Made by a program: the position numbers and the translations under genes
Source of the DNA: Thecamonas trahens ATCC 50062
Lineage: Eukaryota > Protista > Apusomonadida
Reading direction: 5' to 3'
NCBI RefSeq assembly: GCF_000142905.1
Contig: NW_013657656.1
Coordinates: 217,758 to 281,757 of the forward strand
DNA length: 64,000 nucleotides
In this document: positions 21,769 to 32,441 of the stretch, piece after piece
Numbering within the stretch: the first letter of the stretch is position 1
Layout of the letters: each line of letters begins with the position of its first letter
Notes under the pieces: generated by a model
What the model saw: only the letters and a program-made list of their open reading frames with translations
Database searches by the model: none
Told to the model about the DNA's origin: nothing

Positions 21769-23427
21769 ATGACTCGTAAGAAGGCGTCACACAAGACGCG
21801 GTCGAAAGGCAGTAGTCGCAAGGGTCGGAGCAGCAACCGCCGAGGCTCCCGGCAGCGTGACGACCGCCGCAGCCACAGCAGCTCGTCGTCTCAGCTCGAT
21901 GCCGACGAGTACTCTGCATCGCCGAGCCGCAAGGGCCGAAGCAAGGGCAAGGCGAGCCGGAAGGACCGGGGCAAGGGCAAGGCGAGCCGAAAGGACCGGG
22001 GCAAGGGCAAGGCGAGCCGAAAGGACCGGGGCAAGGGCAAGGCGAGCCGCAAGGGCCGAAGCAAAGGCAAGACCAGCCGCAAAGGCCGGAGCAATAGCCA
22101 CCGCCGCGGCCAGAGTCGTTCCGACGAGTACTCTGCATCGCCGAGCCGCAAAAGCAAGTCAAGCCGCAAGGGCAAGCCGAAGGGCGAGGGCAAGGGCAAG
22201 GGCAAGACGAACAGCAAGCTGTGGTCGACTCATTCTAGCGAGTCGAGCTCGAGGCCCAGCAAGCGACGCAAGTCACGGGCGGCAGCGTCATCGTCCGACT
22301 ACGACGGGACGGATTCGGCCACCGCTACGCGGTACACAGTGGATTCGTGTGACTCGGACGCCGGTCCGACTTCCCTGGAGTCGTATTCGTCGGGCTCGTC
22401 GTACTCGACCCAGTGGGCGTGTTTCCGCAAGCGACGCGGGTTGCACAGTACCTCTGATGGCAAGGGCAGCACCAAGGCTGCGTGCAGCGGATGGTGCGCA
22501 GAGTGGGGCAAGTGGAGCCGGCTGCCGTGTGTGACTTGCCTCCTTGTGTTTGGGCGCTTTGCGCTTGCAGCTGTTCTCTTTGTGGCTGCGTACTACTCTG
22601 GCAACCCCGTGATTCCTCTCGTTCTCGGCATGGTCTACTTTTTGCTTTGCGACCCCTTTGTAGCGGTACTCTCAGTGATGGGGCTCACTAAGATCAATAT
22701 CCTCGTCGACGATTTCGACGATCGAGAGTGGGAGATTGTGACGTGGGCAACCATTGCGGCCATTATCGCTGCCTGCTTTTTCACCTCGGCTGCAGGCGTG
22801 TTTGTGGCCGAGCTCGGCTCGCTGGACAACATGGACAACCACTGGATCGGCCCTGTGCCGGCGACACGGTCGGCACAGCTTGCTGCTCTTTCGGCCAAGC
22901 GGTTCTTTGAGTTTACCGACTACGAGATGCCGATCGCAGTGACCGGCTACCACATTTCGCACAGCTTCAAAAAGACAGGCTTGATCACGCCAGAGGAGCT
23001 GCCGGTGATGGTGACCCCGGTGACATCGCCCAACGGGACCGAAGTCAACGTGTGGGCGTGCGCGTGCGCAAAGCCGCGGTCATACGGCTGCCGGCGCTTC
23101 CCGGCTGTCGATGTGACATCGGGAGATCGACAGGCTGCATGGCGCAAGCCGCACATCCGCGGCGGGGTGCGGGTCAAGTCGCGGGCGATCGTCGACTTTT
23201 GCCAGCGCGCGGCCAACGAGGCCATCGGCAAGGACGAGTTCAAGGCGCGATACACGGTCGGAGTCGAGGCCCGGCAGGCGGTTTTTGTCGAGTGGGCCGC
23301 CTTTGACCCGTACCGCACCGAGCTCACCGTCATCATCAGCACCATCATCACTGTCACTCCAGTCTGCGTCGCCGTCTGTATCCTGGGCATGGTTGGTCTC
23401 GCCCGTTGTCTGGATTGCTCGGACTGA
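21769..23427 (+). CDS. Uncharacterised four-TM protein, paralog 2, with basic repetitive N-terminus
   Basis: Shares NGTEVNVWACAC.KPRSYGCR.FPAVDVTSGDRQ with paralog 1; KGKASRKDRG repeats. Confidence 0.8.
   Translation: MTRKKASHKTRSKGSSRKGRSSNRRGSRQRDDRRSHSSSSSQLDADEYSASPSRKGRSKGKASRKDRGKGKASRKDRGKGKASRKDRGKGKASRKGRSKGKTSRKGRSNSHRRGQSRSDEYSASPSRKSKSSRKGKPKGEGKGKGKTNSKLWSTHSSESSSRPSKRRKSRAAASSSDYDGTDSATATRYTVDSCDSDAGPTSLESYSSGSSYSTQWACFRKRRGLHSTSDGKGSTKAACSGWCAEWGKWSRLPCVTCLLVFGRFALAAVLFVAAYYSGNPVIPLVLGMVYFLLCDPFVAVLSVMGLTKINILVDDFDDREWEIVTWATIAAIIAACFFTSAAGVFVAELGSLDNMDNHWIGPVPATRSAQLAALSAKRFFEFTDYEMPIAVTGYHISHSFKKTGLITPEELPVMVTPVTSPNGTEVNVWACACAKPRSYGCRRFPAVDVTSGDRQAAWRKPHIRGGVRVKSRAIVDFCQRAANEAIGKDEFKARYTVGVEARQAVFVEWAAFDPYRTELTVIISTIITVTPVCVAVCILGMVGLARCLDCSD
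21925..22090 (+). repeat. 30-bp coding tandem repeat (~5 copies), KGKASRK(D/G)R(G/S)
   Basis: Repeated gcaagggcaaggcgagccgNaaggaccggg units; the flanking gacgagtactctgcatcgccgagccgcaa occurs at 21904 and 22123. Confidence 0.85.
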
Positions 23428-23636
23428 CTGCCGACGCCAGATGCACGCCGTTAGAGTACTATGGCAAGCGATCGCGGCCAAAGACATTCTGCGTCGAGCC
23501 TTGCGTGCGTCGGACGTGGTGGACTACTTGACACGCGCGGAGGAGGGCGTTGTCAGCGGTAAAGTGCAGCTAGTGCGCTGGCTCGGCCCCGGCCACGTCC
23601 ACTCCCACTCCACTCACAGCCGAGTCACCCACCGCC

Positions 23637-24125
23637 ATGACCGAGGTCCACGTCGACAACGCGGCACCATGGTCGACCGAGCTGACGCGCGAGCTAAGCA
23701 GATGGCGGGCAAGTGTGGATGAGGAGGATGAGGCCGCGGGCCGCATGCTGCATGCGGTCGAATACGCGGCATATGCATTGTATGCCACCCAGCGGTGGCG
23801 CGGGGTGACGGCGGTGGCGCGGGCGCTGACCGAAGCCAGTGTAGCGGCAATGAGCCCGACGGTGCAGCGCGAGATCGAGGACGCTCTTGGGTGCAAGGTG
23901 GGTGATCGCGGCGAGTTGTGGATGCTGCTAGCGACCGATGTGCTCACCGACAAGGTATTCTCCATGGTGGTGATACTGGACGATGTGGCGGTGTCGGGTG
24001 GGACGCTAGCCTGGCTGGCGACCTACGCGCGAGTTCCGACCACCCACGGGCTGGTGGGCGTCGTCATGGCGCCGACGGGTTTCTTCAACACCTTTGAGAT
24101 TACGGCAGGCCTCCCGAACGTGTAA
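23637..24125 (+). CDS. Small protein, possibly tRNA-splicing endonuclease subunit Sen15-like
   Basis: ALYATQRWRGV and C-terminal LVGVVMAPTGFFNTFEITAGLP resemble the Sen15 pattern (LxxxxxWxxV...lAiv..Dsti.yY.i..Gl..P). Confidence 0.4.
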   Translation: MTEVHVDNAAPWSTELTRELSRWRASVDEEDEAAGRMLHAVEYAAYALYATQRWRGVTAVARALTEASVAAMSPTVQREIEDALGCKVGDRGELWMLLATDVLTDKVFSMVVILDDVAVSGGTLAWLATYARVPTTHGLVGVVMAPTGFFNTFEITAGLPNV

Positions 24126-24153
24126 TTTATGGGGAAAGGGCGGGCGGAAGGAG

Positions 24154-25712
24154 CTACGATGGGCTGCTGACCGATGCGGCGGCCTTGGCGGCGGCCATGC
24201 CGGCCTCGATGTCAGCACGGGCCTTGGGGATGCTCGCGGTGAGGAGGCGCCGGTCGAGGGTTGCGCCGTCGATGGCGACGTTATCTTCGATGCGGACGCC
24301 AATGCCTGCAAAGGCCGGGTCGATGGCGATGCCACACTCGTCGTAGAGGAGCTGCAGCGCGTGTGCGCCAAAGTAGAGGCCAGGCTCGACGGTAAAGACC
24401 ATGCCCGGGCCGAACGGGGTGTGGCGAGCCGTCGGCGTGTCGTGGGTGTCCATGCCGAGAAGGTGGCCGATCGAGTGCGGGTAGAGGACGTCGACAGCAC
24501 GCTTGGCGTCGCCACGCGACTCGACGATCTTGGTCTCGACGAGGGCGTCGGTCATGGCGCGAGTCGCCATGCCGCCGAGCTTGGCGAGCGAGTCGTACTT
24601 GTCTCGCTGGGTGTCGGCGGCATCGAGGACAGCCTCCTGGACACGAGGACGGCGTCGTAGACGAGGGCCTGCGGCGCCGAAAACTTGCCGGAGATCGGGT
24701 ACGTCCGGGTCACGTCGCAGGCGTAGCCGCAGTACTCGGCGCCAGCGTCGATGAGCAGCAGCTCACCGGGCTGCAGGAGGCGGTTGTTGGCGACGTAGTG
24801 CAGGATGGTGGCACGGGAGCCCGAGGCAACAACAGGCGGGTAGGCAAGGCGGTCGCCAAAGCGCGAGCGGGTGACGACCTCGAGCAGGGCGTCGACGTCG
24901 CGCTCCGAGTAGACTGTGCCTGAGCCGAGGCGCTCGGCGACGGCACCAAAGGCGAGCGAGGTGATCCGAGCGGCATTGGCCATGATCTGCAGCTCACCGT
25001 TGGACTTGAACACCCGCATGCGCTCGACAAGCGAGGTGGGATCGGCCTCGGATGCACGCGAGGCTGCGTTGCCGACAACGCTGGCGTCGCGAGTCGGGCC
25101 CTTGGCCACCAGCAGCTCACCGCCGGCGTCGATGACTGCGCGGCAGGCGTCGGCGACCGAGCTCACGGGCGCAGTGCCCGTGACGGCAAAGTAGGCGGCC
25201 GCCGCGTCAACGCCCGACCGCGGCCCGTCCCACAGCTCGCGGTCCGGATCCTTCTCGGCCACAAACAGGATGGACTCGCCCGAGGCGTGGACCATGAGCG
25301 CGGCGTGCGGCTCCTCAAAGCCGCACAGATAAAGCAAGTCCGAGTTCTGCCGGTACCGGTATGGCACGTCGTTGGACATGATGGGCACGGGCGCGGCCGG
25401 GAAGACCGCCGCCGACCGCGCCGGAAGCTTGCTCGCCAGCGCCGCCACCCGATCGGCGTACTCGGCGCGGGTAATGCACGGCGTCACCTGGTCCTCCACG
25501 CCCTCGACCTGTGGAAAGAGATGCGGATGGCTAAACGGCGTTGGTTGGCCCATCTCCATTGCCGCTGGTGGCGGAGCTGGCGGCGATGCTGATATCGATG
25601 CCGATGCCGATGAGCTATGTTGCCACCTCGGCCCGGCAGCGACAGCGCGGCAAGCAGCACGGAGAGCGGCGCCGCCGGCAGCACGAGCAGAGAAGCGCAG
25701 CGACGGCAGCAT
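24154..25712 (-). CDS. XPNPEP3: Xaa-Pro aminopeptidase 3 / Icp55, mitochondrial; frameshift near 24643-24646
   Basis: Arg/Ala-rich presequence; GQPTPFSHPHL; YRQNSDLLYLCGFEEP; LHY, DAGAEYCGYACDVTRT; HSIGHLLGMDTHD; TVEPGLY; GVRIED. Confidence 0.9.
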
Positions 25713-25993
25713 TAGATACAGAGGGTAGGATGGGTGTAAGGTGAGGGCGGGGTGGCGAGGAAGGGGAAAGGGGGCTGAGGGTGAGGTGCCGATTGAGTAG
25801 AGTTGCTCCCGTCACCACGCCGTCAGCGCAGCAGCTAGCTCACGGCAAGTCACGCCAGCAATTTGCGCGTCAGTGCCAATGGCCGACCCGACCCGCCCAC
25901 GGTTGCCATTCGTCATTCCCACCACTCGCCATCGCTACACGCCGCCACCGCCTTGTCCTCGGCCACTCGGCACACTTAACCCTGTACAACACA

Positions 25994-28065
25994 ATGAAGG
26001 TATGCAACCCCCTCCCCCCCCCTCCCTCCCCCGCACCACCCCGCACCACCCCGCACCCCACACCCCGCACATCCCCCCTCCCCTTTCCCATCTCCCTCCC
26101 CCCCCCCTCCCCCCCTCCCCCTNNNNNNNNNNNNNNNNNNNNNNNNNNNNNNNNNNNNNNNNNNNNNNNNNNNNNNNNNNNNNNNNNNNNNNNNNNNNNN
26201 NNNNNNNNNNNNNNNNNNNNNNNNNNNNNNNNNNNNNNNNNNNNNNNNNNNNNNNNNNNNNNNNNNNNNNNNNNNNNNNNNNNNNNNNNNNNNNNNNNNN
26301 NNNNNNNNNNNNNNNNNNNNNNNNNNNNNNNNNNNNNNNNNNNNNNNNNNNNNNNNNNNNNNNNNNNNNNNNNNNNNNNNNNNNNNNNNNNNNNNNNNNN
26401 NNNNNNNNNNNNNNNNNNGATCTAAAAAACAGGTAGCCGAGGTCAGCAAGAAAGCCGCCGTCTTTGACCAAGCGCGACCTCGCCGTCCGTTCCCCCCTCC
26501 CTCCCTTCCCTCCCTCCCTCCCTCCCTCCCTTCCCTCCGTCCCTCCGTCCCTCCGTCCCTCCCCTCCGTCCCTCCCTTCCTCCCTCCCTCCCTCTCCCTC
26601 ACCTCCTCCCTGCTTCTCGACAACCCACCTACAGTTGAACATTGTGCTCGTGACCCTGGCGGCGGCCCTCGCCCTCGCCACCGCGTCCAACGTCATCGAC
26701 CTGACCGAGGCCAACTTTGAGGCCACCATGGCGGAGAAGCCGCTGATGATGGTGGAGTTCTTTGCGCCGTGGTGCGGCCACTGCAAGCGCCTTGCTCCCG
26801 AGTATGAGCAGGCTGCTGACGCGCTCGAGGGCGTCGACGCCTGGCTGGCCAAGGTTGATGCGACCGAGGAGGCCGACCTGGCCAACCGGTTTGGCGTCCG
26901 TGGCTACCCCACGCTCATTGTCTTCCGCAACGGCGAGGAGGCCGGCAAGTACGAGGGTGCGCGCGAGGCCAAGGCCATCGCTGACTACATGGTCCGCCAG
27001 ACGCTCCCCGCCGTGACCGAGCTCACCGCCGACGGCGTTGCCGAGTTTGCCGCGTCGTCTGACGTTGTTGTCATCGGCACCTTTGCCGCCGGCTCGGACG
27101 AGGCTGCTGCCTTTACCGAGGTCGCTTCGGACCTCCGCGACGACTTTGTCTTTGGCCTTGTCGACTCTGCCGAGAACACCGGCGTGGTCATGTACAAGAA
27201 CGTCGACGACGACGTGCTCACCTACGATGGCGAGCTCGAGACCGTGGCCATTGGCTCGTTCCTCATCTCCAACAAGCTCCCGCTCTTCGACGAGGTTGGT
27301 CCCACCAACTACCGCTCGTACGTCGACACCGGCCTCCCGATGGGCATGGTCTTTGTCGATGTTGCTGACGCTGACTCGCTCGACGCCATGAAGGCCGTCT
27401 TCCGCCCGGTCGCCGCCCAGTTTGCCGGCTCGGCCGTCTTTGTTTACGTTGACACCAAGTACATCCAGCAGGCCATGAAGATGGGTCTCTCCGGCGACGT
27501 CATTCCCTCGTTTGCCATGGAGAACCTCGAGACCGGCATGCACTACGCCTTTGACGAGTCGGCCGCCCTCGAGGCCGACGCCGTCACTGCCTTTGTCGCT
27601 GGCGTCCTCTCGGGCGAGATCGCGCCCACTATCAAGTCCGAGCCCATTCCCGAGTCGAACGACGGCCCGGTCACCGTCGTTGTCGCCGACTCGTTCGAGG
27701 ACATTGTCCTCGCCGAGGACAAGGACGTCCTTGTCGAGTTCTATGCCCCGTGGTGCGGCCACTGCAAGTCGCTTGCCCCGACCTACGAGAAGCTCGGCGA
27801 GGCCTTTGCCTCGGTCGACTCGGTCGTCATCGCCAAGATGGACGCCACTGCCAACGACATCCCCGTCAACGGCATCGACGTCCGCGGCTTCCCCACCCTC
27901 ATCTTCTTCCCCGCTGGCAACGGCGGCGTCGACGCCCAGATCAAGTACGAGGGTGCCCGCGAGTTTGATGACCTCAAGGAGTTTGTTCTCGCCAGTGCCG
28001 CTTCGGACGTCGACGCTGACGCTGTCGATGCCGCCCCGGCCGACAACGTCCACGAGGACCTCTAA
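25994..28065 (+). CDS. PDI: Protein disulfide isomerase; exons 25994-25999 and 26635-28065
   Basis: Two WCGHCK sites; spliced signal peptide MK|LNIVLVTLAAALALATA; C-terminal HEDL. Confidence 0.95.
26000..26634 (+). other. Spliceosomal intron spanning an assembly gap
   Basis: GTATGC donor after ATGAAG; CCCTCAC branch; CTACAG acceptor in phase 0. Confidence 0.75.
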
Positions 28066-28228
28066 CCTGTCGTCCGAGCTAAACTATCGCGCCTGTTACA
28101 CGTTTGTCACTCCGACCAGACAGCCGCCGCCACCGATCGTAGTCCTGCTCCTCCTCCAGCCACGCCGACCCCTCACCCCCCCCCCGCCCCCCCCCCCAAC
28201 AACTCCTCCGCACCCCACTCCGCTCTCA

Positions 28229-29197
28229 ATGCTCTCCGCTCTCCTCGGAAGCATATCCGCGTCCCAGTGGGCAGCAATGGCGCTCGCCGCCGCCGTGGCA
28301 GCAGTGGCCGCCTTTGGGGCCACCCTCCCGGCCTCCCGGCCGCGCGACTCGCCGCCGCTCGCCTTCCCGCTGACCTCAGGCTTGGACGGGCCGAAGGAGC
28401 CGTTCCCAGACCTGCTGACGAGCGAGGCGAGCAAGTCGCTCTCGCTCATTGTGCCCATGTACAACGAAGAGGAGCGGCTCGGCGTCATGATGGACGAGAC
28501 CATGACCTACCTCGAGGGCCGTGCTCAGGCCGACCGCGGCTTTTCCTACGAGCTCATCCTCGTCGACGATGGCTCGTCCGACGCCACCGCCGCCGTTGCC
28601 GCCGCCTACGTCGACCAGTTCTCGCCCGATGTCGTTCGCCTCTGCCGCCTGCCGGCCAATCGTGGCAAGGGCGGCGCGGTCCGTGCTGGTATGCTCGCCG
28701 CCCGCGGCGAGATGCTGCTTATGGTCGACGCCGACGGCGCCACCCAGTTCTCCGACCTCGATCGCCTCGAGGCTGCCCTCAATGACCTTGCCGCAGGCCA
28801 TGAGCCGCCGCTGGCCGTTGCCGTCGGCTCGCGTGCTCATCTGCAGGACGACGCTGTTGCCGAGCGCACCTTCTTCCGCAACCTCCTCATGCACGTCTTC
28901 CACAGCCTTGTCTCCACCCTCTGCGTCTCGGGCATCCGCGACACCCAGTGCGGGTTCAAGCTCTTCTCGCGTGCCGCTGCTCAGCTCATCTTCCCACACA
29001 TGCACCTCGAGCGCTGGGCCTTTGACGTCGAGGCCCTCTACATTGCTCAGCGCCTCGCCATTCCTGTTGCCGAGGTCTCGGTCAATTGGGAGGAGATCCC
29101 GGGCTCCAAGCTCTCGGTCGTCCAGGCCTCGATCCAGATGGCCATCGACCTTGTTCGGATCCGCCTCGCCTACACCCTCGGCTTCTGGTCTGTGTAA
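28229..29197 (+). CDS. ALG5: Dolichyl-phosphate beta-glucosyltransferase
   Basis: LSLIVPMYNEEERL, VDDGS, NRGKGGAV, MVDADGAT, GSRAHL, DTQCGFKLF, RWAFDVE, WEEIPGSKL. Confidence 0.92.
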   Translation: MLSALLGSISASQWAAMALAAAVAAVAAFGATLPASRPRDSPPLAFPLTSGLDGPKEPFPDLLTSEASKSLSLIVPMYNEEERLGVMMDETMTYLEGRAQADRGFSYELILVDDGSSDATAAVAAAYVDQFSPDVVRLCRLPANRGKGGAVRAGMLAARGEMLLMVDADGATQFSDLDRLEAALNDLAAGHEPPLAVAVGSRAHLQDDAVAERTFFRNLLMHVFHSLVSTLCVSGIRDTQCGFKLFSRAAAQLIFPHMHLERWAFDVEALYIAQRLAIPVAEVSVNWEEIPGSKLSVVQASIQMAIDLVRIRLAYTLGFWSV

Positions 29198-29263
29198 ACC
29201 CGCGCCCTATGTATGGCATCCCTGTACACCGCACAGCTAGCGTAGCTTTGATTCAGTACCCCA

Positions 29264-31621
29264 CTACGGCTCGCCGGTCCGCATCTCAGCCAGCGCCGTC
29301 GACAGCGCCGCCTTCTTGGCCGCAGTCTCGGCCTTGAGCTGTGCGAGCGACTTGGTCGCAGAACCCGAAGCTTGCCCGCGTGAGCCACCGGTCGCCGCCG
29401 AGCTCCCGCTCGCCACGTCGTACGCGTACATACCCGGCGCGATCTCCGGCAGCCACTTAGGGTTGATCCTCGTCACAGTCCGCATAAACTGCCGCGAAGT
29501 GAGGAGCAGCTCGTTGTACAGCAGCGCCTGCGCCTTCTTGGCCCGGAACAGGACCGATGATGGGTGGATGAGCACTGCTCGCGACGACTTGGCCGTCTTG
29601 TACGAGCCGTCTGGCTGCAGCAGCGCCACGTCCATGAACGCACCGGCAAGCAACGCCTTCTTGAGCGCCTCCGAGTCGTCGCTCGACGCCGTCGGATCCA
29701 GACCCTGGCCGCGTGCAAGCTGGACCAGCTGCTTCCGCACCGCGTCAACCTTGCGCATGGACCGCGCCGTCACGTAATTTTCGGTGCACCACTTGGCCGA
29801 TCGCCCCGACATGACGTACACCTTGTACACGTTGAGTAGCATGACATGGTCGCCGCCGCCAGCAGAGTACCGCCGCAGCACTGCGCCAACCGCACCCATC
29901 TTGTCCTTGGGATAGAAGAAGATCGACTCGACAGAGAGCATGGCAAGCACCGTGATGATCTCGGCCGTGTTCTCGTGCTCGGCCGAAGCCAGCAGCATCT
30001 TGGAGAACCGCGGCTCGAGTGGGAACCGCGACATCTGCACGCCCAACGCAGATAGCCGCCCATCGCTCTCCAAAGCACCGAGCAGGTACAGCTGCTCGAG
30101 CGCAGCAGTGAGCGACTCGATCGACGGCGGCTCCATGTAGTCAAAGTTGAGTACGTCGTCGACGCCCACGGCCTTGAGCAAGAGAATGACTGACGCCAGG
30201 TTAGCTCGCCGAATCTCCGGCACTGGCTGTGCAGGCAGGTCGCTAAAGGCAGACTCGGGATAAAGCCGGAAGGCCCGCCCAGGCTGCTCGCGTCCCGCAC
30301 GCCCGGCACGCTGCCGCGCCTGCGCCTGCGATGTCTCCATGATCATGAGCGTTTCGACCCCGATCCGTGGGTTGAATGCCCGCGTCTTGACTAGCCCGCA
30401 GTCGATGACTGTTGTGATGCCGTTGATGGTGATCGAAGTCTCAGCAATGTTGGTCGAGAGAACAACTTTGCGGACACCATCGTGCGGCGGGAGGAATACC
30501 TTGGCCTGCTCGTCCGGGTGCAGCGCTGCGTACAGCGGGAGGACCTCCATCTTGAGCGTTGTGCTTGCGTCGAGCAGTGGGGCCCGCTCTTCGAGCAACG
30601 TCTGGAGCGCCTCGATCTCGGCCTGCCCGGTGAGAAAGACCAGCATGTCGCCCGGCGCCTCGGCGAGGTCTTCGTGAACTTGCAGCACCGTGGTCAGCGC
30701 GCCGTCGATGTAGTCCTCCAGTGGCTCGGCAGCGTAAAACGTTTGGACTGGATACGTCCGCCCTGTAACGTAGAGCACCGGCGCCGAGTCAAAGAACGAC
30801 GCAAAGGCCGAGGCATCGAGGGTGGCAGACATGATGACAAGCTTGAGCTCCGGCCGCCGCTGGAGCAAGCTTTTGAGCAGGCCGAGGAGCACGTCGGTGT
30901 GAACGGTCCGCTCGTGGGCCTCGTCGAGAACAATGACACCGTACTCGGAGAGCGCGTCGTCGGCAATGGCCTCCCGCAGCATCATGCCGTCGGTGAGAAA
31001 CTTGATCACCGTCCCGGCCGAGCATCGGTGCTCGAACCGGACCCGGTAGCCGACCACATCCCCGACGCGAGTTCCAACCTCGGCAGCCACACGCGCCGCC
31101 ACCGATGTGGCTGCCACCACACGTGGCTGGGTAATGGCCACCCGCGACCGCGCGTTGACCATTCCGGCCTCAAACAAGTACTGTGGCAGCTGGGTCGACT
31201 TGCCTGATCCGGTCTCGCCCACCACCACCGCCACTTGTGTCGCCCGCAGCGCCTTGATCAGCTTCTTCCGCCCCGAGAAGATCGGCAGCGACCGCCTCAC
31301 CGTCCGGAGCTCCTCCGCCGTCGCTGCCAGCTGCGCCGCCTCCGCCTCGCTCGCCGGATCCATGTACACTGCGCTCGCCGCCTGCGGGTTCTTGCGCCGG
31401 CCCTTGCCCTTTCGCCCGCCCTTGCCCTTGTACCCGCCCTTGCCCTTGCGGCTGCCCTTGCCCTGCCGCTGCCGCTTCTCATCGCTGCCGCCCTTTGCGC
31501 CGCTCCCCTTGCCCGGCGGCCGAGGGCGCCCACTGAGGCCCTTCCTCCGTTTCTCGGCCCCTCTGCCCTCAGTCCCTCTGCCCTCTGCCTCTTCCAGTGC
31601 ACCCGTCCGTCTCTTTCCCAT
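29264..31621 (-). CDS. DHX33: DEAH-box RNA helicase, DHX33/Dhr2-like
   Basis: GETGSGKSTQ, TQPR, DEAHER, MSAT, TNIAETS, QRAGRAGRE; basic N-terminus. Confidence 0.8.
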   Translation of the reverse strand: MGKRRTGALEEAEGRGTEGRGAEKRRKGLSGRPRPPGKGSGAKGGSDEKRQRQGKGSRKGKGGYKGKGGRKGKGRRKNPQAASAVYMDPASEAEAAQLAATAEELRTVRRSLPIFSGRKKLIKALRATQVAVVVGETGSGKSTQLPQYLFEAGMVNARSRVAITQPRVVAATSVAARVAAEVGTRVGDVVGYRVRFEHRCSAGTVIKFLTDGMMLREAIADDALSEYGVIVLDEAHERTVHTDVLLGLLKSLLQRRPELKLVIMSATLDASAFASFFDSAPVLYVTGRTYPVQTFYAAEPLEDYIDGALTTVLQVHEDLAEAPGDMLVFLTGQAEIEALQTLLEERAPLLDASTTLKMEVLPLYAALHPDEQAKVFLPPHDGVRKVVLSTNIAETSITINGITTVIDCGLVKTRAFNPRIGVETLMIMETSQAQARQRAGRAGREQPGRAFRLYPESAFSDLPAQPVPEIRRANLASVILLLKAVGVDDVLNFDYMEPPSIESLTAALEQLYLLGALESDGRLSALGVQMSRFPLEPRFSKMLLASAEHENTAEIITVLAMLSVESIFFYPKDKMGAVGAVLRRYSAGGGDHVMLLNVYKVYVMSGRSAKWCTENYVTARSMRKVDAVRKQLVQLARGQGLDPTASSDDSEALKKALLAGAFMDVALLQPDGSYKTAKSSRAVLIHPSSVLFRAKKAQALLYNELLLTSRQFMRTVTRINPKWLPEIAPGMYAYDVASGSSAATGGSRGQASGSATKSLAQLKAETAAKKAALSTALAEMRTGEP

Positions 31622-31762
31622 AGTCAGCAGTGTGGAGAGAGTCGTGTGTATGTGTATGTGTTTGTGTGGGGGGCGAATGGCTAGGTGGCACCAGTGGCTC
31701 GGGCCCGTGGCGAGCAAGGATGGAAGGAGGAGATGGTTGGATGGCCTTTGCCCGCCCGCCCA

Positions 31763-31834
31763 CCCGTCGGTCGGCCCGTCGGTCGGCCCGTCGGTCGGCC
31801 CGTCGGTCGGCCCGTCGGTCGGCCCGTCGGTCGG
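31763..31834. repeat. 12-bp tandem repeat (CCCGTCGGTCGG) x6
   Basis: Seen directly; lies in the divergent intergenic region between DHX33 and the SDR. Confidence 0.95.
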
Positions 31835-32441
31835 TCGGCCCGGCCGCCGACCTGTCGCCCGGCCGTCGCACCCGCCATCACCCGCCGATCACAGAAGCAG
31901 CAACAAAGAGGGGCGCGGCGATCATGCCGACCAAGCCAAACCCTCCAGCCTTTTCCACTGATCATGTCACAAGCAGTTCCGGATGCTTCAGTGCCCTTCA
32001 GCGGNNNNNNNNNNNNNNNNNNNNNNNNNNNNNNNNNNNNNNNNNNNNNNNNNNNNNNNNNNNNNNNNNNNNNNNNNNNNNNNNNNNNNNNNNNNNNNNN
32101 NNNNNNNNNNNNNNNNNNNNNNNNNNNNNNNNNNNNNNNNNNNNNNNNNNNNNNNNNNNNNNNNNNNNNNNNNNNNNNNNNNNNNNNNNNNNNNNNNNNN
32201 NNNNNNNNNNNNNNNNNNNNNNNNNNNNNNNNNNNNNNNNNNNNNNNNNNNNNNNNNNNNNNNNNNNNNNNNNNNNNNNNNNNNNNNNNNNNNNNNNNNN
32301 NNNNNNNNNNNNNNNNNNNNNNNNNNNNNNNNNNNNNNNNNNNNNNNNNNNNNNNNNNNNNNCGACACAACACGGCGCATCCTTTGTGCTCCGCGAGTCG
32401 GAAGCGACAACGTCAGTCGACCACACCTGTCGCTCTTCGCC

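Noticed and set aside
21608-22162. Cys/Pro-rich metallothionein-like antisense ORF (CPCPGPFGSP repeats)
   Set aside because: It is the reverse complement of the 30-bp repeat in paralog 2, whose sense frame is continuous with the conserved TM domain.
26419-26432. GATCTAAAAAA motif here and on the reverse strand near 40855-40866
   Set aside because: Only ~11 nt are shared and both lie near gaps; too little to call an element end or a trans-splice site.
26629-28053. Long antisense and alternative-frame ORFs (e.g. opposite PDI, MCM9, DUS4, tropomyosin)
   Set aside because: Expected shadows of high-GC3 codon usage; no recognisable motifs.
27512-28228. Apparent long ALG5 ORF overlapping PDI
   Set aside because: The upstream part is the off-frame shadow of PDI; ALG5 similarity begins at ATG 28229.
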